A DNA stretch of 64,000 nt from Asterias rubens (taxonomy: Eukaryota): positions 1 to 64,000 of the forward strand of contig NW_022985714.1 of assembly GCF_902459465.1 (NCBI RefSeq). Reading direction: 5' to 3'. Position numbers and translations under genes: made by a program. The notes under the pieces are model-generated. The model saw only the letters and a program-made list of their open reading frames with translations. It did no database searches and had not been told where the DNA came from. Below, piece by piece: positions 1 to 9,340 of this stretch (positions are counted from its first letter, which is position 1; each line of letters starts with the position of its first letter).

Positions 1-421
1 TTTCTCTGGCTTGCGTCGTCGGCTGCTTAGGCCCAGGTGTAGATACCGGAGACGATGGCGTCATGGCAACTGTTGTTGTTGATGCGGGTTTAGTTATTGC
101 TGGCGTTGGTGTTGATGCTGTTGTTGTGGTTTGACTAGTAGTTAGAGTCAGATTTGTGTTAGCGATTAGAGTAATTTCGGGCAGTGTTGAAACAGAGGAG
201 TTCTCCATCGCTATCGATGTTGCATTTGACTGCGGCTCAACAGTTTCATGACTCTCTGTAGTCGGACCAGGTTCTTGAGACAGTATAGTGGGTATTGTCA
301 TGTTGGGTACAGTAGTCTGAGTGAAAGCTAAACCGAGTAAGCCCACAAACACCACAGATCTCCACAACAAATGATTGTGCAGTACATCCGCAGCAATTCG
401 AGTTAGGATTCGTCCATCCAT
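1..421 (-). CDS. 5' coding exon (runs off the window edge) of a secreted or membrane protein with a signal peptide and a Ser/Thr/Pro-rich mucin-like stalk; tentatively C3orf18-like
   Basis: ATG at 421 (ccacgATGg), open to position 1: MDGRILTRIAADVLHNHLLWRSGVFVGLLGLAFTQTTVPNMTIPTILSQEPGPTTES...TTTTASTPTPAITKPASTTTVAMTPSSPVSTPGPKQPTTQARE. Hydrophobic segment GVFVGLLGLAF; N-glycosylation sequons NMT, NAT, NSS, NLT. Acceptor ttttttttatgttcag gives an exon start at 542. Confidence 0.8.
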   Translation of the reverse strand, partial: MDGRILTRIAADVLHNHLLWRSVVFVGLLGLAFTQTTVPNMTIPTILSQEPGPTTESHETVEPQSNATSIAMENSSVSTLPEITLIANTNLTLTTSQTTTTASTPTPAITKPASTTTVAMTPSSPVSTPGPKQPTTQARE

Positions 422-1265
422 CGTGGTTTTTGTAGGATTTTGATTAGATTCAGTGAACCTTTAATCAAAGTGATGGTTTCTTGTTGGAGTCAAATGAATC
501 TTGGGATGCCACTTGATCGATGATAAACTCCATTACGGTCTCCTGAACATAAAAAAAACAGACAAAGCATGCAGAATTATTGCTTTAACTTTTAAAAATT
601 TAAATTAAACTGTTGTAATTACTTTATGTGTAGAGGCCCACTCGTTGAAGTTGGTAATAAAGTACTCTCTTATGATCACCTTATAGTGGCAGCAGTGGAA
701 TAAAAAATATGTCCTCCCACCCCCGTGTAATGGCATGAATGGACAAGCCCTGTTGTAAGCTGCAATAATGAGTGGCATTGAATGTGGTGCAAGGATTCAC
801 ATTTGGCCACCGTGGGGCGATGGTCGTATGATGGTCTTGACCACACTGCTCGCTAACATGGAGCAAAATATTGCTCCATGTCACGACACTCCAGTCCATT
901 TTACTTCCTTTGAGCATGAGACCGAGAAAGCGCATTCAGGTGGTAATTATTTATAGGTCAAAATGTTGTGAATAATCCATTTTCTCAAGAGTGTGAGGAG
1001 AGGCTCTGCAGACATGGCAGATCTAGAGCGAATCTTTACATGAGAAATAAAGATAAAATACAAAAATGCAACAATAAAATTAATGGTTCGATTTGATAAA
1101 AAAAATAGCACCCCTTCTAAATATCTTTTTTAACTTCCAAACCCCAATCAAATAAAAATCTGGGCCACATGAATGGTCCTACTAACTAAAGCTTTAAGGA
1201 AGGGATTGAGAGCATTTTATTCATTCTATGTCTCCCGACTACACATGTACTCTTACAAATAAGAA

Positions 1266-1337
1266 TGAGGTTCGTTCCGCTATCGTCATCATGTGGATCC
1301 CGACACATTCATGGAGACGATAGCGGAACGAACCTCA
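1266..1337. repeat. Perfect 22-bp inverted repeat (fold-back) with a 28-nt loop
   Basis: TGAGGTTCGTTCCGCTATCGTC (1266-1287) / GACGATAGCGGAACGAACCTCA (1316-1337). Confidence 0.9.
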
Positions 1338-1589
1338 GTAATTCTAGAGTAGAGTACCTGACCTCCCATAAGGTTTACCACGATAGCAAAATATCAAGAC
1401 GGCGTTGTTGAACCCACACAGAGATATAATGTAAGCCCCCTCCGACTACAAATAACACATTGCAGTACTGAATCGCGATAATAAACCATGTCAGACCCAA
1501 CATGCAGGTTGGTGGTCAGTTCATCATCCAAAGACCATGGTGGTCAGCCTGTCGCTATCGTCGTCAGCCAGGTCAGTCAGCATATTGCA

Positions 1590-1652
1590 TAGTTGCGATA
1601 ATGTAACCCTCCTGCCGACGGCATAGCCAGGAGGGTTACGTTATCGCAACTA
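1590..1652. mobile_element. 63-bp micro-MITE with a 9-bp target-site duplication (Mutator-type TSD length)
   Basis: 25-bp arms TAGTTGCGATAATGTAACCCTCCTG / CAGGAGGGTTACGTTATCGCAACTA (1 mismatch), flanked by the direct repeat CATATTGCA at 1581-1589 and 1653-1661. Confidence 0.7.
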
Positions 1653-1697
1653 CATATTGCAAAGAATGCAAGTGAAGTAAAGTCAAAGTCTGACAAC

Positions 1698-1846
1698 TTT
1701 CCATATGCCGCCACCACTTTTTCACTCATTTTCCCAAAAGGTGATAGGCCTATCTCATGTAAACTAAATACTAACTATAATGATGTAATTACTATATTAT
1801 TTCAAATCAACAGATCAAATGAAAAAGTGGTGGCGCCATACGGAAA
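1698..1846. mobile_element. MITE-like fold-back
   Basis: 27-bp arms TTTCCATATGCCGCCACCACTTTTTCA / TGAAAAAGTGGTGGCGCCATACGGAAA (2 mismatches). Confidence 0.6.
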
Positions 1847-2163
1847 CTTTTCCTCAAACTCAACCACAACCCCCCCGCCCCCCCTTCCAAATTCAACGGC
1901 TGAACTGATTGATTGTTTAAATAAACAAATAAACATTATTTACAAATATTAAAATTAAAATAAAATAAAAATAAAATGTTCATTTAAATAATTTTACGCC
2001 AAATAAAAACAAACCACGCAAAAGCTACCCAACAAAAGGCCAATCAATGTCCCTTCAAGTTAAATATTTCTACCTCAATGCTAAAATAAAAGGACGGCCA
2101 GCTAGCTAATCACTTCACTTCGTAATAAATTAAGAATTTAAGAAAATATAAATTAATACTCAC

Positions 2164-2340
2164 ATTGTTTTTTCTAGTTTTATTTAGGTCATCCCATTCT
2201 GTTCTCATCTCACAATCACATCGTTGCTGTTTTGTGTGCAAGTGATCTGTCAGTGTCATGCAGCAGCAGTCGTCGATCATCTGTGAAAATGAAAAGATCA
2301 TTATTTCACAAATTGTAAAAAGCGCCACCATTCGACCAGA
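2164..2340 (-). other. Non-coding first exon of the minus-strand mucin-like gene (upper boundary approximate)
   Basis: Strong donor AAT|GTGAGTA at 2164/2163 that can splice to the acceptor at 543; lies in a CpG-containing stretch next to the HEMK1 start. Confidence 0.55.
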
Positions 2341-2473
2341 CACGGCTAGTTTTTTCATCTATTTTATATATTTTCATATCAACAAGCTACTAGAGGGAGA
2401 GTTCCTTCCATCCAACTTGCATTCAAGTGTTATTTTCATCTGCCGATTGTCGAATTCTGAGACCATTGAAGAC
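2164..2473. promoter_or_regulatory. Compact bidirectional promoter (mucin-like gene / HEMK1)
   Basis: Only 310 bp lie between the minus-strand exon-1 donor (2164) and the HEMK1 ATG (2474). Confidence 0.6.
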
Positions 2474-5400
2474 ATGCCGAGATCCAAGGTTTTACAGTTT
2501 CTGTCTGCAGTATCCAGATCGAAGTTTTCAGTGCCTGGTGTTTTATTTCATGCACGTTGTGGATCGTTGATATTGTTTCAAAAAGTTTCGGAAAGCAGTT
2601 CTGTTTTTAATTGTTGTCTCGGCACCCAGCATTCATCATTACTGCATTGTTCTTCATCCAAACAAAATGTACTCGATGAAAGTTTTCGCAACCGCAGAGA
2701 CAAACATGCCGTAAAATTGACTCCGTTTCCCACTCCACGGTTTCCCAGAGCAACATCTCCGGCCAGTATCTTGGTTTCATTTCCCTACTTCACATGTGCC
2801 CGTCTGAGGGATAAAGATTCTTCAGCAGAGCCTACCCCTTACCTGGATGGACCGACCTTATTAGAATGTAGTACTCCACAAGCTGCTGTCAAGTGGTGGA
2901 ATGATTCATTTTTAAAATGGGGTGTTCCAGATCCTGAGGTGTCAGCAGAGTTTATTGTGGCACACGTTCTGGGATTCAAACAGGTGACAAAAAAGTTTTT
3001 GATTAGTTTGAATGATTTGCATGATTTAACTTTCCTGGGTAAAACTTATCAAAATAGAATATACGAATTAGTGATGAAAAAATAAACTTATTTAACAACT
3101 TCTAAAATTAAACTTTCTTATTAGTTATTCTAATTATAAGTAGGCCTAATTTAAGAATGAGATTAGAAAAGTTGTTTCTTCTGAAATTGTCATAAAAAAT
3201 AAACTACTTTTGCTTTTTATTCATTTGACAAAGTAGTTTTTCTTTTGGATGGATATTTATTTCAAAGCAAAGTAAATATTCTGTTAAAACATGAACCATT
3301 TAATTAAAATAAAAAAACAGAAACACTTAAAACTTAAAAAGCAATTATTTAAAGTTTAATTGTTTTTTTGTTTACTTGTTGAAAGATGGTGTGAGATTAA
3401 AAAATTACAGCAATAAATGGCCATCCCCGCCCCTTTTTCCACTTATAAAGTCCGACTAACTTTGAAGAATTTTAGTCTTGAATGAGAAATGTGTTTACTC
3501 AGAGGTCAGTTCATCATTTATTATCTTACTTGTGGTTTTGTGCGAGATGTACTTTTAACTCTTGTCTCCATGTTTATCTTCAGTTCCATGAGATGTTATG
3601 TCAAAGGTCACAGGGGTTGTTGACTGGGAACGAGCTCGACCAGATCAACAAGTTATGTAACAAGCGAAAGGAGAGGTAAGAACCGGTTACACAACCACAC
3701 GAGGGAGCTGTTGCATTATTATAGGCAAATGCGAACAGTTAACTGTTCCGAGATGTTTGGTTTGCAGTAACATCTTCTACTTGTTGGCCAGTAGATTATG
3801 TTCTTTTGAGATCTTGTCTTGCTTTATATTCTACAACCGCGAAGTAGATATACAGAATTTGGGAAACTTCCCGAGACATTATGAGTACTTTTGGAGCTAA
3901 GTTAAATTTATAAATATTGGGCGAGTACAATAGAGCAGAATATTATCTGGTGAATTCTGGACTGTTCCATTTGCAGAGATGAATTCTGGAATGTTCCATT
4001 TTCAGGAGGTAAAATCTGTACTGTTCCATTTCAAAAAGCAATGTTAATTGTCCTTCAAAATCTATTTCTTATATATTTATCAATTATTGTCAATTCTCAC
4101 TTGTCCCAATAGATTGATTCCAATAAATACAGATTTATTAATTTTCAAATATGTTGGCAGGGTACCAGTCCAGTATATTGTTGGCGATTGGGATTTCCGA
4201 GACCTTGAGATAGTCGTCAGACAACCTGTTTTCATTCCTAGACCAGAAACTGAGGTAAGGGAGTAGATGGCTGGGCTTCCTAAGCTTTAACGTTCTTGAA
4301 GATTATGAAAGGAACCCAGAAGGATGATGATAAGATGCTAGTCTCCCATTTTAGCCTTTTGTCAAGGCCTTCATAGACCTTATCGCAAATACTCGGTACA
4401 GAAATGGTGCGCTCATGTGATGAGACAGGGAGGCCTACCCAGCGCAGTTATAGATGTTATGCCTGCAGATACAATTTGAAGTAGAGGCCGCCCTTAGCTG
4501 CGCTGGATAGACAATGTGACAAAGTGGAGTGGTAGAAGACTAAAGCGTAGGAGAGCTGAGAAGAGCAGCGATTGATAGTCACCAGGGCCCAACTTCATAG
4601 AGCTTCTAAGCCCCAAAATTTGCTTAGGCTGAAATTTCTTCTTTGATAAAAACAGGATTACCAACCAAATTTTTTATTTGTTGCATATTGCTTGTTACTG
4701 GTATTCAGCTGCTGTTTGCTTATCCTAAAAATCACGTGGAAATTTGGTTAGTGATCCCGTTTTTTATCAAGGCAAAATTTCATGCTAAGCAAATTTTTGT
4801 GCTTACATGTAGCAGCTCTATGAAATTGGGCCCTGGTGATTCCATGGATGGCGGCGACTCAAGGATTGCACCCCAATATAGTTGGAGGATGAGGCAGTCA
4901 TTGACTCAAGTCTTTGCCGAATGATGATGCGCGCAGTAGGCATGGAATGAGGTGCATGCTGGTCTAGCGAGGGATCAACTTTGATCGCAAGCTAGACCAG
5001 CATTCACCTCATTCAACAGTTAGCGCTTGGGCAATGGGTATTTGCGAAAAGGTCTATAGCAAATTGCTTACAGCCTAAAGGACTAAGTAATACATATAAA
5101 AAAAGTTGATGTTGTGACATTGAGTCTTTATTGAAGGCTTTTATTTTTTTGTTTAGCCTTCTAGAAAGACTCGGCTAGGGTTAAAATGCCAGGCCATTAA
5201 CTATTTTTGCACGAAATTTAAACCTGCAAATTACTCACTGAAACAACTCTGCTGAATACTGAATGATCCTTTCTTTTTGCTGCAGATGCTTGTTGATGTT
5301 ATAGTGGGACACTACTCTGTTGATGAGGAACTACATTTTCTTGAGATCGGGAGCGGTAGTGGAGCGATCAGCATCTCCATCCTCAAAGAACTGCCTTGTG

Positions 5401-8400
5401 TAAGGGACATTGAAAAGAGAAAAATCAATTGAATGTCACTTTTCAATCTTAAAAACATAAAGCCTGTAATAAGCACCAGAACCTGCTAAGCCAAGGAAAA
5501 TCTTGCTTAGCAAAACCATGTTGCCAGCTAACATGTCGTAAAGTTTTCATTGTTGTGACTGGTGCCCTACTAACTTTTTGTTTTGCTTAGCAAGCCATTT
5601 GTTAAGCAGTATTTTCTGCTAAACAGCTTTATGAAATTTGGCACTGTTTCCCAAACCCTCCTCTAACAATCCCACAATCTTTATCGTTTAGGCCTAATTT
5701 GTAATCAACAAAAAATAGTTTAAACAAATTTAGTGAAAGAAATATCACCAAAGACCAAGGATTGCCTTTGAAACTAATAACACTCCACACTAATGACATC
5801 ACAATTGCTAAAAAAAGCCCGGATGTCAACATAAGCTTGGACATGTAGGCACCTGTTAATGAATTTGACACATTGCCTGAGATCTGGGAACTGAGCTTCT
5901 ATTATTAGCATTCGTGCAGAGGGATATTGATAAAAACAAATTCTTTTAAACAATATGTCTTATTTATTTGGCAATTTCACATATAAATTCCAAATTACAA
6001 AAAAAATTATACGAATAGGATACAACTCTTAAAAACCATATAATCGGTGTCATTGTTTGAAAACTTCGTTAAGTTGTTTTACCACAATTGTTTCATACAA
6101 AGTTTGAAGTAATGTCATTTTATATTTATAGGCTCGTGTAACTGCAATTGACTGTAATGAGGAAGCTGTGAAACTCACCATAGAGAATGCTATCAGGTAT
6201 ACATGCCAGGATCCTTGATCATGTATTTTGCAAACCATGAGTATACGTGTGCATAAAGCGCTCACCTCTCACCACAGTGGCCCTGGTTCGATTCCTGGCT
6301 AGGGCCATAATGGGAGTAGAGCTGTGTGTTGGTTCTCTCCTATGCCACAGGGTTTTATCTCTGGGCCCTTCGATTTTCCGCCCTTGGGGAAAAATCTAAA
6401 TATGTGGCTGTGCTCCGGGTTCATATAAAGGTTGATGGGGCTGGCTGCCAATGGCACCCTTGCATGCGTGTGACCCGAGCATGTAGCCCCGTTTTTCGTC
6501 CAATTCAGATTATCAGCTGTGTGCCAATAAAGGCGGATGGTATATATCCTTGTGCCAACTTGCACTTCTGGCGGCAAAATGAGGGAACATCGCGCCATTT
6601 TGTATTGGGCTGACAGTGGCGTGACGTGTGTCTGTGTGATTGCATAGTGCACAGTTTTATGACATTTGCCAACCAATCTGTACAATAACGAATCGATGCA
6701 CTTTACATTAGTGCCCTGCAGTCATTATGCCAATAATATTCCTTTAATCTTTTACGGCTCCCTGTGAAGAATACAGCCTGAGCTGCCGTGGCACTCCAAA
6801 ACCTTTTTTATTCACAGTATCAACCTCTACCCTCACAAGTACCCAGTTACACCCCCTGGGTGAAGAGAAGCTATTGTACTATAAGCATATTGCTAAAGGA
6901 CACAAGTGTTATGATCATAATAATAATAATAATAATAATAATAATATCGAAGTCTTATATAGCACACGTATACTACCAAACAAGGTACTCAAGGCGCTGA
7001 GTATATATAAACTTTCAGAAAGATAGGTAATTGCAGTGATGAATTTTGAGATCCAATTATTTAGCACCTTATAAGGGTTTACATGGTGCTATGGCACATA
7101 CAGCAGCCACAGCCAGGAACACTGGGGCGAACCCCTTCTCTTTTCGAAAAGTGCACTGGGTTCTTTTACATGCATTACACAACACATGGGACCAACGGCT
7201 TAACGTCCCATCCGAAGGACGAAGCAATGGTTAAGTGTCTTGCTTAAGGACACAAGTGTCACGGCTGGGGACACTCGGCTGACTTAATCACCAGAACTTG
7301 AATCCGATGCTCTAAAACACTTGGCCATGGCCCCCTAATAAAGCGAAGTCAGGTAACGCTCTCTTCACAATTTTAACAACAAAACTTTGTTCTTTGTGTA
7401 CCAGACTAGGTGTACAGGACAGACTATCAGTCCACTGTGCTACCATGATCTCTGAACTGCCCAATTGCCTCAAAGGGTTCTCTTTTGATGCCATCGTTAG
7501 CAATCCTCCATATATACCAACCCAAGACATGGGCAATCTGGATCCTGAGATAGTTCTGTAAGTTGAGTAGAGGACAAAGTTTGTATTATATAGTTATAGT
7601 TTGACTAACAGATGGGAAACCAACTCCCAAAATGATGCAACCAAGATTCACTTGATAACTCCGAGATGAATCCGGTCCAAAGAAGCAACTTTCATATAAA
7701 TTTTTATTTTAATAACTAGAATAGATTCTAAATAGTGGTTTGTCTTTGGGTGTCCCAAAGCAGATATCATTATTTACTTCAAGACAGCTTATTTAGGTGA
7801 GATATGAAATATAACATCTATTTGAAGGACAAAGAAATACATGTACGTGTCTGGCTTATGGACAAAAGTGCCATGGCCAGGACACGCAACACACTCAGCT
7901 GATCAGAACTTACACCGGAGCTCGAGTCTAGTGCGCTTCACCGCTCGGCCTGGTAAGGATTTACAAGGTGCTGCGGCACAATTAGCAGCCACTGCTAGGA
8001 AACAGCCGGGCAAACCCTTTCTCGTCAAACTAATAAGTGGTACTCGATTCATTTGCGAGCATTAGAAGACCAACAGCTTTACGTCCCATCCAAAGGACAA
8101 AAGTGGCTTGGCCAGGACATGAACCCACACTCTGCTGATCATAAATGCCAGGGCTCAGGTTCAGTGCGCTTCACTGCTCGGCCAAGACACACCAATAATA
8201 GTTTTAAAATGTTCTCTTTAGATATGAAGATGAGCGAGCTCTCTGTGGAGGGTCAGACGGTCTGGATGTAATCAGAGACATTTTGTCTAATGCAAGACAT
8301 CTTATGAAGTCTGGGGGTTTCATTTGGTTTGAGGCAGACACCAGACATCCAGAAGGAATCCAAGAATGGCTGAGGAATAACCGAGATACCTGCGTTGAGT

Positions 8401-8899
8401 TTGTCAGAACATTCCAAGATTATAATGACCGGTGAGTATGTATGCAGTCTAACAGAATCAATAAAGGAATGACACTAGACTTGGCACTTCATGGAGGCAA
8501 CAAAGGTGAATGGTCATTGCCTTGGTGCCTTTAAAATGCTCCAGTAGAAATTTACAATTGTCTTCTTAAAGGGGCTTTGTTGTTGTACTCAACGCAGACC
8601 CGTGGTTGCACATTGAACTATGAACTCACCCAGTTACTGCATGCACGCGCACACTCTCCCTAGGGAGGGATGGAGGGCACACACATGCAGTAAATTGGTG
8701 CCAGTTCATCCATGTACAGCTTTAATTGCCGAGGCCTTCATCCTGTAGAAATTTGACAGAGGCCTAATCACATGAAACCTTCCTTGCATATTACATACAT
8801 GAAACCATTTCTAGTATACCAAGTTATGTACAAGTGAATTTTATCAATTCCAGGTCCCGATTCTCTCAACTGAAGTACCAACATCCTACAAACAAGTGA
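2474..8899 (+). CDS. HEMK1: HemK/PrmC-family N5-glutamine methyltransferase (mitochondrial release factor methylase), 8 exons, 427 aa
   Basis: Exons 2474-2983, 3584-3675, 4161-4254, 5286-5399, 6132-6196, 7405-7557, 8222-8431, 8854-8899; all GT-AG, phases consistent, 1284 nt. Motifs VPVQYIVGDWDFR, VFIPRPETE, SAM-binding LEIGSGSG, catalytic IVSNPPY, YEDERALCGGSDGLD. First AATAAA at 9741. Confidence 0.95.
4373..5057. mobile_element. Non-autonomous DNA transposon (TAGACC...GGTCTA ends) with a nested CWG-type MITE at 4586-4832
   Basis: TIRs ATAGACCTTATCGCAAATAC / GTATTTGCGAAAAGGTCTAT; related ends at 22730-22904. Inner element GGCCCAACTTCATAGAGC...GCTCTATGAAATTGGGCC flanked by CAG/CTG. Confidence 0.65.
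6250..6420 (+). mobile_element. tRNA-derived SINE fragment
   Basis: B-box GGTTCGATTCC followed by a non-tRNA body (GTTGGTTCTCTCC...GGGTTTTATCTCTGGG...); no acceptor stem. Confidence 0.5.
6917..7330 (-). mobile_element. tRNA-derived SINE, near full length, with a (TAT)n tail
   Basis: Reverse complement of the 56399-56803 element; (ATA)n at 6917-6946. Further antisense fragments at about 7820-7930, 7940-8185, 46300-46540 and 52930-53190; a sense fragment at about 50510-50640. Confidence 0.7.
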
Positions 8900-8983
8900 C
8901 TTTAAATGAAGGGGTGTGCGTTAGTTTAGATGATCTTTCTGTTTAGCATTCAGCAGCCACCACCAAAAAAAGGGGGGAAACGT

Positions 8984-9340
8984 CAGAGCTTGGCCACGAC
9001 ACCTTGCATGTCAAGACAGGTGTCAAAACTGGGACCCAAACCCCGACATCGTTAGTCAGAAACACCAGAGCTTGGCAACGACACCTTGCATGTCAAGACA
9101 AGTGTCAATACCGGGACTCGAAGCCCGACTCTGCTGGTCAGAAACATCAGAGCTTGGCCACGACACCTTGCATGTCAAGACAGGTATCAAGACCGAGACT
9201 CAAACCCCGACTCCGTTGGTCAGAAACACCAGAGCTTGGCAACGACACCTTGCATGTCAAGACAGGTGTCAAGACCGAGACTCGAACCCTGACTCTGCTG
9301 GTCAGAAACATCAGAGCTTGGCCACGACACCATGCATGTC
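8984..9340. repeat. 82-bp tandem repeat, about 4.3 copies, derived from the SINE head
   Basis: CAGAGCTTGG recurs at 8984, 9066, 9148, 9230 and 9312; the unit resembles the SINE segment GTGTCAAGACTGGGACTC...TCTGCTG.TCAGAAACA. Confidence 0.85.

Noticed and set aside
2258-2473. Upstream in-frame ATG extending HEMK1 by 72 aa
   Set aside because: Falls in the shared promoter and antisense exon region, with no homology; probably upstream of the TSS.
6250-6305. tRNA gene (also considered at 56400-56480 and 49880-49940)
   Set aside because: Only B-box/T-arm similarity; no cloverleaf or acceptor stem, and the sequence continues into a SINE body.
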